Virus record (IMG/VR): IMGVR_UViG_3300020352_000789
Location: 7,929-71,928 of that record
Direction: 5' to 3' (one strand)
Length of the DNA stretch: 64,000 nt
Source: a virus
Lineage: Duplodnaviria > Caudoviricetes
Part shown: piece by piece, positions 38,494-47,811 of the stretch
Layout: the number at the start of each line of letters is the position of its first letter
How positions within the stretch are numbered: the first letter of the stretch is position 1
Notes under the pieces: model-generated
Seen by the model: the letters and a program-made list of their open reading frames with translations, nothing else
Databases searched by the model: none
Told to the model about the DNA's origin: nothing
Made by a program: the position numbers and the translations under genes

Positions 38494-38928
38494 TTACACC
38501 ATGCTAGGTACTTGATTCCTTCTATTATCTTTTTTTTCTTTTGTTTGTAATTTAACAAGTCTGTGTTTAGTTCTATGAACCTTTGTTAGTGGAGAAATAT
38601 CGTCTTCGCCCATCCAGATATGACAGAAGCCTCCTTCTTTTACTCCATAAGCTATAATACCATTCTTATCAAGACCCAGCACAGTAAACTTACCTCTACA
38701 TCCCATAGGAATATATTCTCCATCTACTACTGAGTATGGGCCTCCTGTAGCTTTAATTCTATCGCCTTTTTGTAATTCTCTCCAATCGAACTTCCTAATC
38801 ATTCGAGTGGTTTTCTTTTCTTTGCTTTGAACAGCAAACATAAAAGGATGTTGGCATTCTGGACACATATATGCTCTTGGGCCACACTCATGTCCACATT
38901 TTTCGCAAGTCTTTTTACCTTTGGGCAT
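38494..38928 (-). CDS. Zinc-ribbon protein
   Basis: MPKGKKTCEKC…CPEC; AGGAG RBS. Confidence 0.75.
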   Translation of the reverse strand: MPKGKKTCEKCGHECGPRAYMCPECQHPFMFAVQSKEKKTTRMIRKFDWRELQKGDRIKATGGPYSVVDGEYIPMGCRGKFTVLGLDKNGIIAYGVKEGGFCHIWMGEDDISPLTKVHRTKHRLVKLQTKEKKDNRRNQVPSMV

Positions 38929-38963
38929 AATCAATTCTCCTGTGAAATTAAACCGATACTACC

Positions 38964-38992
38964 AGTATACCATATCTATCGGCAGTTGTCAA
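38964..38992 (-). promoter_or_regulatory. Sigma70-like promoter
   Basis: TTGACA-17-TATACT. Confidence 0.8.
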
Positions 38993-39219
38993 GTTGAATC
39001 TTTAGATTGTTTTTCTAATCTTTCGTTATATCTTCGTTTGCTCTCTTTAGCTTTTTGTATAAAATTAAAGAAGGCTTGTTCTGCACCACCTTCGTCTTTT
39101 GTTGAAGAGTAAACGTCATCAGACATAGTTTCTGGATAGACTGAAGGCATTGGAATTTTTTCGACATCAGCAGGTCTTGGTGTGCTAGGATCAAGAGGAA
39201 TACGTTCAGGTTCTTTCAT
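38989..39219 (-). CDS. Hypothetical protein
   Basis: AGGAG RBS, intact ORF. Confidence 0.6.
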   Translation of the reverse strand: MKEPERIPLDPSTPRPADVEKIPMPSVYPETMSDDVYSSTKDEGGAEQAFFNFIQKAKESKRRYNERLEKQSKDST

Positions 39220-39230
39220 TATAAATCTCC

Positions 39231-39377
39231 TTATTTGGAAGCTAATAAATATAAACCAATATTTGAAAAACTATATCCCAAATATGCTATACCCATACCC
39301 AAATTACCCTTGTATATTTGTTCCAAACTAACATATAGATAAATTAATCCGGTCAAAACGATTAACCATCCACTCAT
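39231..39377 (-). CDS. 48-aa two-helix membrane protein (not in track)
   Basis: MSGWLIVLTGLIYLYVSLEQIYKGNLGMGIAYLGYSFSNIGLYLLASK; ATGA overlap with uvsE stop. Confidence 0.7.
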   Translation of the reverse strand: MSGWLIVLTGLIYLYVSLEQIYKGNLGMGIAYLGYSFSNIGLYLLASK

Positions 39378-40297
39378 GCAACTAACATCCCTTCGTAATA
39401 TTTAGATATAGCTTTATCTTTCATTTTAAGTTCCATATCTAAGTCAAAGTCGAGTCCATATGTACTGAAAGAATTTTCTGCATAATCTGCATGTTTTCTT
39501 GGATTTGTATTTTCTGGATCGCGGCATGTCTCACTATAATGAAACAAAGGTCTATATTCGCCCCATGTCATATAGCACTCTTCTAATGCTTGTTGTTCAG
39601 TCCAAGTGTCTGGGTGACAATTCTGATGTAAGTAGTCAAATGTAATTGGGATATTAGTTTTAGGATGAAAATCTTCTATAAGTTGTTTTACAGACCAGCA
39701 ATTAAGTTTATCGTCGTTTTCAATAACAATACGGTGACGACAATTATCGCTAAGTCTATTATAATTTTGTATAAATCGCTTGGTAATCTCATCGTTACTT
39801 CCTTGTCGATTATTGATGTGTAAATTCATAGGCGAATTATAATCTGCTGGGCAACCGATCATGTCAAGAAAATTACTATAAAAATTGAGTTCTGTTACAG
39901 TTCTATCTACTGCATCTGTGTTTGTAGATGCTAATACATTAAATTCGCTAGGATGACAACTAATGCGAACATTATGCTGCTGTATAGTATATGCTATATT
40001 ATCTATGGCTTGTAATATATCAGAGTATTGAGGCAGATCGCTGAGAGTAATATTAGCAGCGCGATAGGTAATAAGAGGAAAAAGATCGCTACTGACCCTA
40101 TAACAGTAGTCATGCTCTGCACAGTGTAGAATGGTAGCATTTGTAACCTCCATGTTATTTAGTATTCTGGAACCTAATGTAGACAGTGCTTCTGAACGAT
40201 CTAGCTGGCTAAATCGTTTAAATGTCATAGTTTGAAACCTGAGTGGTTGCTCAAGTTCTTGCAAGTCTAGTGATATACAGCATAATCCAAAACGCAT
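39374..40297 (-). CDS. uvsE: UV DNA damage endonuclease UvsE
   Basis: GLCC, YRVSSDLFP, RISCHP, IENDD, FDYLH, HYSE, KHADY, ELKMKDKAI. Confidence 0.93.
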   Translation of the reverse strand: MRFGLCCISLDLQELEQPLRFQTMTFKRFSQLDRSEALSTLGSRILNNMEVTNATILHCAEHDYCYRVSSDLFPLITYRAANITLSDLPQYSDILQAIDNIAYTIQQHNVRISCHPSEFNVLASTNTDAVDRTVTELNFYSNFLDMIGCPADYNSPMNLHINNRQGSNDEITKRFIQNYNRLSDNCRHRIVIENDDKLNCWSVKQLIEDFHPKTNIPITFDYLHQNCHPDTWTEQQALEECYMTWGEYRPLFHYSETCRDPENTNPRKHADYAENSFSTYGLDFDLDMELKMKDKAISKYYEGMLVA

Positions 40298-40315
40298 ATT
40301 AGTCTCCTACCTCCG

Positions 40316-40344
40316 ATTATATAATAATATCGGATGCCTGTCAA
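40316..40344 (-). promoter_or_regulatory. Sigma70-like promoter of uvsE
   Basis: TTGACA-17-TATAAT, perfect consensus. Confidence 0.85.
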
Positions 40345-40383
40345 GCAAACTTTAACTCCATTCTGAATAGAATACACCGAATA

Positions 40384-41016
40384 TCAAATGTAATCAAGTA
40401 TTCTTCCGCATTCATATTGACCGAATTTTAAAAAATGAATTTTTGCTTTTTCTGGTTTATATTTTATATGAGGATTAGCAGATAAATCTTGATTTAAAGA
40501 AATGTATTTTTCAGCTTGAAATTCGTTTGCTTTTAAAATCCAATTATCTCTAAACACTCCATATCTCTTTAAATATCTTTGATATACATTATTTTTTATA
40601 TTAGATTTGTTGGGTTCTGTAAAATATTTATTATAGATATATGTTTCAGTTTTATTGTTTGTTATACAGAATACCGAACAATGATTTATCGTAATAACTT
40701 CATTTAGTAAATCTAGACAATTTTTTAGTTTGTTTGCGTCAAATTGATAAGTTCCAGATTGATTATCTAGATAGATAACATCTCCGTTTAAATCGACTAC
40801 AATAGAACCTGCCATCAGTACATTGTCTGTAATTGTATCTGATTGTTCCGTAATGAATTTATGTTTTAATCCTATAAATATCTTTTTGTTGTTGTCTAAA
40901 ATAAAATCTAGTTTTTTATTGTAGCAAAAACTCGATTGATGAAAAAATATTTTTTTGTTTACATTTAAAATATCTAATAAGTTATTAGAATATCTATATC
41001 GTATTTGTGGTTTCAT
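40384..41016 (-). CDS. Hypothetical protein
   Basis: MAGSI…YLDNQSGTY; C-terminal FQAEKY..LN.DL…HF..FG.YE.R repeat-like segment. Confidence 0.6.
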   Translation of the reverse strand: MKPQIRYRYSNNLLDILNVNKKIFFHQSSFCYNKKLDFILDNNKKIFIGLKHKFITEQSDTITDNVLMAGSIVVDLNGDVIYLDNQSGTYQFDANKLKNCLDLLNEVITINHCSVFCITNNKTETYIYNKYFTEPNKSNIKNNVYQRYLKRYGVFRDNWILKANEFQAEKYISLNQDLSANPHIKYKPEKAKIHFLKFGQYECGRILDYI

Positions 41017-41530
41017 TGTGCCACTTAATAAATTTATACATATCTCCTAATTGATTATACTGTACTTCGTATCTACTTTGGTCATAGGTAAAATTATTAG
41101 TCTTATGTCCCGCTTCTTTTAATGTCGCTATTTGAAAGAATTTAGTTTTAGATGCTATTCCACATATCCAAGTTTTAGAAAAATCATTTTTTACTCTACT
41201 AAATATATAATAATCTGTATCTCTATTTCTCTGTTCCTCATACAATGTAGCACTATAAAAGTCTAAAGGCTTAGTGTTACATCCTTGTGCTTTAGAATCT
41301 ATTGTGCTAGAGTGTAAAATAAAATCCACAAAATAGTCATCACTGTATTTGATTTCAGGAAATTCGCTATGAATACACGCTTCAGCCAAATATCCTGTCA
41401 TTCTTTGTCTCTCTTTATTTGTTCTATGTGTTCCAGAGTGGCCGAACCTCTCATAATATCTATCGTTTCTTTCTTTTGCTTCTGATAATATCTCTGGAGT
41501 TATAATAACTTCAATCATCAATTCATCCAT
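40994..41530 (-). CDS. Hypothetical protein, possible PD-(D/E)xK nuclease fold
   Basis: GYLAE…VDF…IDSK pattern. Confidence 0.45.
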   Translation of the reverse strand: MDELMIEVIITPEILSEAKERNDRYYERFGHSGTHRTNKERQRMTGYLAEACIHSEFPEIKYSDDYFVDFILHSSTIDSKAQGCNTKPLDFYSATLYEEQRNRDTDYYIFSRVKNDFSKTWICGIASKTKFFQIATLKEAGHKTNNFTYDQSRYEVQYNQLGDMYKFIKWHNETTNTI

Positions 41531-42180
41531 CCTAATGCTTCAGATATAATAGGAAATCTCGTCATAAAAATATATTTACAACTTAGTGCAATATCTTGAT
41601 GCTCTTTCTGAGTACCATTAGCACTTCTTAAATCTATATAATGAATCCAACTACGAATACTACCACTCATATATAACCTAGTAGGAGTAGCTAGAGGTAA
41701 TATAAATCTAGCACACTCTTTGGCAACACCTTCTGCCAGCATAGTATCATATAATGCTTTTGATTTAGCAAATAATTCTCTCATTTGTAGATTGTACTTG
41801 TTTTTTACTTCTTGGTCAAGATCGTCTATGCTATTTTGTCTGTTCTTATGATCCTGTGATCTCAAATCTGGTAATGGTATATTATTGCCGAGATCATTTG
41901 TGTCTGCATATCTTTGACTAAATTCTTGGAAAGTGAAACTTCTATGTCTTAATACCTGTGCTGCTATACCTCTATTAGTATTAATCTCAACAGTCATAAA
42001 TGCCATCTCAAAGATAGACCAATGCTTATGTTTAATACAATAATTAAGTAAGCCAGCAATACTTTTATTATCTTGATTGTTTGGGTTGGACACTCTAGCA
42101 CAGTATGCTATACTTTTTTCTGCGTCTGGAGATGCATTTACTAATGTAGCATAATGATTTTCGTTGAGTTTATTTTTCAT
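41518..42180 (-). CDS. thyX: FAD-dependent thymidylate synthase ThyX
   Basis: CARVSNP, HWSIFE, QVLRHRSFTFQEFSQRY, AKECARFILP, RSWIHY, TQKEH. Confidence 0.96.
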   Translation of the reverse strand: MKNKLNENHYATLVNASPDAEKSIAYCARVSNPNNQDNKSIAGLLNYCIKHKHWSIFEMAFMTVEINTNRGIAAQVLRHRSFTFQEFSQRYADTNDLGNNIPLPDLRSQDHKNRQNSIDDLDQEVKNKYNLQMRELFAKSKALYDTMLAEGVAKECARFILPLATPTRLYMSGSIRSWIHYIDLRSANGTQKEHQDIALSCKYIFMTRFPIISEALGWMN

Positions 42181-42337
42181 TGTCTTTGTTCCACCATTTA
42201 ACTAATCTGTCCCATACTGGCCTAAAGAAAAACAATACAACATAAGCAACAACTGCTTCTATAGCTTTACCAAAAATGGTGGTCATTGTTATTGATTGTT
42301 TTTTAATTGGCTCATCTTTACCATGCTGATCGTTCAT
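42170..42337 (-). CDS. Small membrane protein
   Basis: ATG 42337; one helix. Confidence 0.5.
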   Translation of the reverse strand: MNDQHGKDEPIKKQSITMTTIFGKAIEAVVAYVVLFFFRPVWDRLVKWWNKDNEK

Positions 42338-42581
42338 AGTCAATTTCTTTCTGTAGCTGTTCTTGAGCATATCTTTTTTGATGTTCTACATGCTTATTGT
42401 CTGTAATATCATTGTAGATATTCATGGCAATTTTACTCAAGCTATTTGTAGCACCATGTCTTGTAGGATCATCCAATAATTTCCACTCATAATTATAAGG
42501 ATTAGCTTCGTCACCAGATTTTTCTCTGTCAACCTTATATCCTTTATCCTTAGCCCATCGTTTTATATTAGTCCAATTCAT
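42318..42581 (-). CDS. Hypothetical protein
   Basis: Coupled ORF (ATGA overlap). Confidence 0.65.
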   Translation of the reverse strand: MNWTNIKRWAKDKGYKVDREKSGDEANPYNYEWKLLDDPTRHGATNSLSKIAMNIYNDITDNKHVEHQKRYAQEQLQKEIDYERSAW

Positions 42582-42865
42582 TTCTTATAACTCCTAGTCT
42601 CAGGGTCATACTCATCCAAATTTTTATCATATCTTTTCCATGCGTCTATATGTTTAATAGCAATCATTTGTTTTTCTTGCCTCATTTGTTGCAGCATTTG
42701 ATGCTCTATTAATTTATAAAGATCATCTATGTGTCCTCTAACCTCATGGCAATTACCCATACCATCAAGCACTTGAGATATATATTGTTTAATATCTGGT
42801 TGAACACAAGCATACTTTAAAGGTAGCTTGTCTTTTTTGCTCATTTGTTTATATTCTTCAGACAT
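42578..42865 (-). CDS. Hypothetical protein
   Basis: Coupled ORF. Confidence 0.65.
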   Translation of the reverse strand: MSEEYKQMSKKDKLPLKYACVQPDIKQYISQVLDGMGNCHEVRGHIDDLYKLIEHQMLQQMRQEKQMIAIKHIDAWKRYDKNLDEYDPETRSYKK

Positions 42866-43094
42866 GCTTTAATCTTGGATAGATTTCAAGAACCTTTTCT
42901 AGCATAGAGATAATCTCAAACAAATATATACTTTGAGTATTATTAATATCATCAATGTGATCTAAATCTTCAACCATGTATCTAAAAACATTTTCATATC
43001 CAACTTGTTCTAATAAGTTTCGGATATGTTCTTTGTTTTCAAGATAAGTTACTTCTTTTTTAATATTCTTTTTTTGTTCTTTGCTAATTGTCAT
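42858..43094 (-). CDS. Hypothetical protein
   Basis: Coupled ORF. Confidence 0.65.
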   Translation of the reverse strand: MTISKEQKKNIKKEVTYLENKEHIRNLLEQVGYENVFRYMVEDLDHIDDINNTQSIYLFEIISMLEKVLEIYPRLKHV

Positions 43095-43097
43095 ATT

Positions 43098-43340
43098 TTA
43101 CTTTGTACTTGTTTTTGTATTATCTTGTTGTTCTTCTTCATTATTTGTAAACAATGTTCTAAGAGTGTCTAACTTGCTTTGATTTTCATCTAACATAGTT
43201 ACATAAGTATCTAGAACCTCTAGAATATCTGGATGTTCACCAATCCCTACAGATTTTGTAAGGTATAAATCTATTGTGGCTAAGGCTTCCTCTACTTTTG
43301 CTTGATATCTTGCTTCTAATGCTCTAACATATCTAGTCAT
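43098..43340 (-). CDS. Conserved small phage protein
   Basis: AL.ARY.A…EA…I..YL…VGIGEHPDI motif; GGAGG RBS. Confidence 0.75.
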   Translation of the reverse strand: MTRYVRALEARYQAKVEEALATIDLYLTKSVGIGEHPDILEVLDTYVTMLDENQSKLDTLRTLFTNNEEEQQDNTKTSTK

Positions 43341-43682
43341 TTAAATCCTCCGAATAAGTTACATAAAACAAAATAGTTTTATTAATTGAAGTTAGTGTTT
43401 GAGTATCCGTATCTTTCAGAAATATTATTTCTTGGTTTTCATTCGTCATAATTATCCTCTAATATATCAGCAGAAATATTATCTATAGGTTTTGAAATAT
43501 AAACAGGACGATCTTCTTGATTTTCAGTCAATATAGACATTATAATACTGCCCAATCCACAAAATGTCAATAGGCCAATTATTGTAATTAATATATGACC
43601 AGATGTTATTTCCATAATATCCTCACAATAGAGTTTGCTATAACTACCGCAATAGTTATCTCTAATATATTGCTAATATCCA

Positions 43683-43973
43683 TTATCTTACATACATAGG
43701 TTGATAATACCACTGTACTTGTGGTTGATAAGTAATTTGTCTTTCTCTTCTTAAAAACCAACAGCGTCTTTCTGTTACTACTGGAACATTATAGTAATAC
43801 GGAACCAAACCGTAAATTACTGTCGGTTGTGGTACTGTATAAGTTACCGTAGGAACAGGAGTTGTTACCACCATTGGTGGTGGTGCAGGCGTAACTGGTA
43901 CGCTTGCTACCCACTCACCAGTATATCCGACAGAACTCCACAATGCAACTGTTAAAAATAAAAATGTCCTCAT
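43683..43973 (-). CDS. Secreted Pro/Val/Tyr-rich protein
   Basis: Signal peptide; PPPMVVTTPVP; GAGG RBS. Confidence 0.65.
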   Translation of the reverse strand: MRTFLFLTVALWSSVGYTGEWVASVPVTPAPPPMVVTTPVPTVTYTVPQPTVIYGLVPYYYNVPVVTERRCWFLRRERQITYQPQVQWYYQPMYVR

Positions 43974-43991
43974 AACATTCCTCTTTCTTTG

Positions 43992-44543
43992 TTAAAATTT
44001 AATATGATTATTATATATACCTCTCATCTCATCCCTGAGTCTGAAAGCCCTATCTGTTTCTCGGCTATTTAAACTACCGTTCTCCAGATAATCTATCATG
44101 TCTTCATCATCCCAAGGTTCTCTAGCCTCATCTTCATAATAATATTCCCAAGGTTTCCATCTAATTCTAGTATGGTCTATATTTATTTTTGTATTTCCAT
44201 TGCTATCTGTATAACTATATTTGCACCAATACCATTCTTCTGCCGCCATTGCTTCTTCTATAACTTTAAAATCTTTAGGATAATGATTAAATGCCCATAT
44301 TTTATATTGTCCCGTACCATATAACCATTCTAATACGCCCTCATCTTCAAAGTCCATAGCAAAAAACGTGTTGTAAAAAGAAGTTTGAACAATAGGATAC
44401 TTCCATCCCACCCATTCTGCATTAACAATAAATCCTATAGATATTCCTACAAATAATAATAAAAATTGATAAAACAAAGTTCTGCAAACTGTTATAAGTA
44501 TCATAATAAGCCCTGTAGTTTTCAAGAGAGGTAATAATGGCAT
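43992..44543 (-). CDS. Hypothetical membrane protein
   Basis: Hydrophobic N-terminus; start uncertain. Confidence 0.6.
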   Translation of the reverse strand: MPLLPLLKTTGLIMILITVCRTLFYQFLLLFVGISIGFIVNAEWVGWKYPIVQTSFYNTFFAMDFEDEGVLEWLYGTGQYKIWAFNHYPKDFKVIEEAMAAEEWYWCKYSYTDSNGNTKINIDHTRIRWKPWEYYYEDEAREPWDDEDMIDYLENGSLNSRETDRAFRLRDEMRGIYNNHIKF

Positions 44544-44640
44544 GATACTTATATTTACACCTATCTATCATATCTATTAAAATAATGACAAGCTATTGTT
44601 TCTAAAACTATAATAATAGCTACTGTTATAAGAAATTCTG

Positions 44641-44826
44641 TCATCTATTTAATTTATTTATAATATTGAGTATTCTTCTCGCCAACGCCGCTTGCCCTAC
44701 GATTCTGCCGTCATCATAGTCATTATAGTAACCAGAAGTAGATTCATGTTTAAATTGTTGTTGAATCTTTTCATTGCATAGTTTTACAATTTGTGATATT
44801 TTATTATCTAATGTAGGATCATTCAT
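44641..44826 (-). CDS. Hypothetical protein
   Basis: Coupled ORF. Confidence 0.55.
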   Translation of the reverse strand: MNDPTLDNKISQIVKLCNEKIQQQFKHESTSGYYNDYDDGRIVGQAALARRILNIINKLNR

Positions 44827-45043
44827 CTTTATATTTACTTCTTACATAATCAACTATTTGACCAGCAGTAAAAGGAATGTTATTACCACCCCAATAATAT
44901 TCTGACATTAATGTTCTTACTTCTTTTGTTATCTGCATATCACTATATATTTTATTATATACTAAATTATATTCTATTAATATATACTTTCTGACTTTAG
45001 CAGAAAACCTTCCAACAAATTGTTCTGATCTTTTCTTTTTCAT
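44819..45043 (-). CDS. Hypothetical protein (family with 45040 and 46470)
   Basis: C-terminal YWGGNNIPFTAGQIV. Confidence 0.6.
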   Translation of the reverse strand: MKKKRSEQFVGRFSAKVRKYILIEYNLVYNKIYSDMQITKEVRTLMSEYYWGGNNIPFTAGQIVDYVRSKYKDE

Positions 45044-45234
45044 GGATTTAATCTGAGCATAGCTATAATTTTATTTGCTGTTTTCTCGACAGAATATTCT
45101 TTAGATAAACTATCAGATAGTATTTTATCCACAGTATTTGTATTGTCTTTATTTTTTACTTTTCTTAGTAAATTTTTATTATAAGTATTTTCTATAAAAG
45201 CAAAAACTTCTGAAGTAAAGCTAGCAGTTTCCAT
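45040..45234 (-). CDS. Hypothetical protein (family with 44819 and 46470)
   Basis: ATG 45234; C-terminal SVEKTANKII. Confidence 0.55.
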   Translation of the reverse strand: METASFTSEVFAFIENTYNKNLLRKVKNKDNTNTVDKILSDSLSKEYSVEKTANKIIAMLRLNP

Positions 45235-45250
45235 TAAAAATTTTCTCCTA

Positions 45251-45748
45251 TTAGTAAGAATGAACAGTCCAAGTAGTTTCGGTAATATGATCCATCTGTA
45301 ATGTATTAGCGAGTTCTTCACCCAGCTTTGTCATTTTTGTTTCAAACAAATCGTAAGGTTCAAACATAATGTATAGAACATCAGTCATTATATCATAACC
45401 TGATTCCCTGCTATTGTCAAATATTCTTATGCTCCACTCAGGTAAATCATCAACATCAATTCCTGTATGCTGGCAAAATGTCCTAATCATAAATTCATTA
45501 CGTTCACGATCATTTTCATATCCAGATGAGTATTCCCCCTCTTCCATACTAAGTTCAGCAGTAAATGTTTCGATAAATCCATCTCTGTTTTTAACCATAG
45601 TAGCAAGTGCTTCTTCATCAATATATTTTTCTTGATATAAAGTATTAGCAATTAATTCTCTGTTTGCTTTCTTCTTGATTTCATTTCTCCGAAGAAAGTT
45701 TACCATCTCAACAGCTACAGCACTTTCTGTAAAAATATCACTTCCCAT
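45251..45748 (-). CDS. Hypothetical acidic protein
   Basis: GAGGAGG RBS. Confidence 0.7.
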   Translation of the reverse strand: MGSDIFTESAVAVEMVNFLRRNEIKKKANRELIANTLYQEKYIDEEALATMVKNRDGFIETFTAELSMEEGEYSSGYENDRERNEFMIRTFCQHTGIDVDDLPEWSIRIFDNSRESGYDIMTDVLYIMFEPYDLFETKMTKLGEELANTLQMDHITETTWTVHSY

Positions 45749-45936
45749 TATTGATCCTCCTCTTTAGCGAACCTATAGTATAATCTTTCTACTTCTTTTA
45801 AATTATAAGAATATGGAGCAACATTGTTTTCATTCTTATTGTTCCATCTCATATCTTCATGCAAAGAATCGAGGGCATCAAGAACAATATCCATATCAGT
45901 TTCTTCAATAAGATATTTCATGTTTCTACTCCGCAC
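45748..45936 (-). CDS. Hypothetical protein
   Basis: Coupled ORF. Confidence 0.55.
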   Translation of the reverse strand: MRSRNMKYLIEETDMDIVLDALDSLHEDMRWNNKNENNVAPYSYNLKEVERLYYRFAKEEDQ

Positions 45937-46268
45937 CTTTGTCCTGCTTCATAACTTAATTGTGTAATATCGTCTAGTTCACAGAATAAACTATCTGACA
46001 TATCAAGAATCCAATCTTCACCAGAATATCCTTTGTGAAATATTTCCTGACAAATTTCCCATAGCATATTATTTGTTTCGCCTTCGTGAATCATTCGATG
46101 AACGCAGCCACTATCACTGTAATCTTCTACGTCTTCTTCAGTATATTCTGGGTTAGAGTTTAGATAACCATCAATGTAATGATCCATTCTAGGTTGTGCT
46201 ACTTCTCTCCACCAATGATCAAACGCTTGAAATTCTAAGGCTTTATTCATCATCCATATCCTCTCCAT
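45918..46268 (-). CDS. Hypothetical acidic protein
   Basis: Intact ORF; start may be 46250-46253. Confidence 0.6.
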   Translation of the reverse strand: MERIWMMNKALEFQAFDHWWREVAQPRMDHYIDGYLNSNPEYTEEDVEDYSDSGCVHRMIHEGETNNMLWEICQEIFHKGYSGEDWILDMSDSLFCELDDITQLSYEAGQRCGVET

Positions 46269-46473
46269 ACATTTTTTTCCAGCAGTCGTTACAAGTATTA
46301 CTAATTAATAATTCTCTCTCTGAGGCAGTAAGATAAGCCAAAGCATCTTGAATATATGCTTCTCCCTCTTGCCATTCATCAAAATCTTTTTCATTTAAAA
46401 AAATAGCATATTCTTTAGAGCAATGATTGCATGAGACATGCATAACGTCATTTCTGTGATTTGAAGCTATCAT
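46243..46473 (-). CDS. Small Zn-finger-like protein
   Basis: CNHC…IQDA..YL.A.ERELLIS..C.DCW..M. Confidence 0.7.
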   Translation of the reverse strand: MIASNHRNDVMHVSCNHCSKEYAIFLNEKDFDEWQEGEAYIQDALAYLTASERELLISNTCNDCWKKMYGEDMDDE

Positions 46474-46688
46474 AATTGAATCTCTCTAATAAATTCCATA
46501 ATGTGACTTGCTGTATTATTAATGCTTTCTCCATCATCATAACAACTATTAATAATAGAGCCTAAAATATTTCTAAATTCATCATTAACAGGTATTTGTT
46601 TAGTGATATCTCCATATTCAGCACTAAGATAATCGGCTATAGCATTACTAAAATCATTCATAGTATTAATTTGTTCAACACGCAACAT
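46470..46688 (-). CDS. Hypothetical protein (family with 44819 and 45040)
   Basis: C-terminal YDDGESINNTASHIM. Confidence 0.6.
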   Translation of the reverse strand: MLRVEQINTMNDFSNAIADYLSAEYGDITKQIPVNDEFRNILGSIINSCYDDGESINNTASHIMEFIREIQL

Positions 46689-46698
46689 TATACAAATC

Positions 46699-46881
46699 CT
46701 ATTCTATGTCCCAGTTAATGCTCATAACTAATTTATTATCAACTTCAAAAACATCACAAGGATATTCGTCGTCAGTTTCTAAATTATGGAGCATAACATC
46801 ATCTTCAGATGGTAGTTCGCCTCGATCTTTTAAGTCTTGTAGAAAAGCTAGTAAGTCTAACCAAGTAAGTTTTTTAAGCAT
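46699..46881 (-). CDS. Hypothetical protein
   Basis: GGAAAGAGAGG RBS region after promoter. Confidence 0.6.
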   Translation of the reverse strand: MLKKLTWLDLLAFLQDLKDRGELPSEDDVMLHNLETDDEYPCDVFEVDNKLVMSINWDIE

Positions 46882-46907
46882 GGTATCCCTCTTTCCTCTT
46901 TCATATG

Positions 46908-46936
46908 ATTATATCATATGTTATCGGCATTGTCAA
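46908..46936 (-). promoter_or_regulatory. Sigma70-like promoter
   Basis: TTGACA-17-TATAAT. Confidence 0.85.
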
Positions 46937-46945
46937 CGGTAAACT

Positions 46946-47104
46946 TTAGTACCAATTCAGGATTATGTTAGCAACTATAAAAAAATTTGTAATTACAGCC
47001 TGTAATACCAGTATAGTTCTAATAAAAGCAATACCATCGCTTTGTCTGTCAGTTGTACCAGATTTTTCGCCCAATGCTTTGCACCAGACTTTCCAAATAT
47101 TCAT
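46946..47104 (-). CDS. Conserved small phage membrane protein
   Basis: W..W.KALGEK…D..D.IA.IRT…TN.FIV…W pattern. Confidence 0.65.
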   Translation of the reverse strand: MNIWKVWCKALGEKSGTTDRQSDGIAFIRTILVLQAVITNFFIVANIILNWY

Positions 47105-47379
47105 GGGCCAACATTTATCCATATTAGACTTTGAACATAACAAATTAAACTAATCATTACTATAATCAGAACAATAGGTGCAATCCAATAATGAAGGAGA
47201 ATGTTAGAGCGTATATGAATAGCGAAATAATCACTGATCGCATTGTCAATTTCGTCCTTTGAATATCCTTCATTTTTTAGTATCCAACGTAATTGTTCTT
47301 CTGTTAATTGATCTTCTTCATCCCAGTATCTTCGCACCATAATTAAAAGTCGTTCATCTTCATCTATATTTCTGTACAT
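47101..47379 (-). CDS. Hypothetical protein with C-terminal helix
   Basis: Intact ORF. Confidence 0.55.
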   Translation of the reverse strand: MYRNIDEDERLLIMVRRYWDEEDQLTEEQLRWILKNEGYSKDEIDNAISDYFAIHIRSNILLHYWIAPIVLIIVMISLICYVQSLIWINVGP

Positions 47380-47414
47380 TTTTTATCATTATTTCTACCG
47401 CCTTTTGGTAAAAA

Positions 47415-47759
47415 TTACTTACTATATCTGCGACAACAATACCACATACCGTATTTACTCTGAGCATAACCCACATCAACTGTGACCATACTACTTTTGC
47501 TGTAACAACAATTATTATATGCTTGATCTTGAGTCCATCCACTCCCACAACCTTCATACATACCTCCATGACCACCAAAATGACTCACACAATTTCTCGA
47601 TGCCATCGTATTAGCAACGCCTTGAGCCGAACCATTGTCTACAGAAGTAGCATATGTATATTGATAATTCGTACTGTTTTTCTTTCTGTTTCTTCTAGCC
47701 TCACAAACATTTGTTAATAAGGTTATTGCGATTAAACATAATACTATTTTTTTCATCAT
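47415..47759 (-). CDS. Secreted Cys-rich protein
   Basis: GGAGG RBS; signal peptide; H.GG…YEGCGSG…NNCCY…WYCCRRY. Confidence 0.7.
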   Translation of the reverse strand: MMKKIVLCLIAITLLTNVCEARRNRKKNSTNYQYTYATSVDNGSAQGVANTMASRNCVSHFGGHGGMYEGCGSGWTQDQAYNNCCYSKSSMVTVDVGYAQSKYGMWYCCRRYSK

Positions 47760-47779
47760 TATTTCCTCCATGAAATAGA

Positions 47780-47806
47780 AGGGGGATTGATATTATCTCA
47801 CCCCCA
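47780..47806 (-). terminator. Intrinsic terminator
   Basis: GGGGGTGAGAT…ATCAATCCCCC hairpin then TTCTATTT after the 47812 stop. Confidence 0.6.
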
Positions 47807-47811
47807 TGAGA

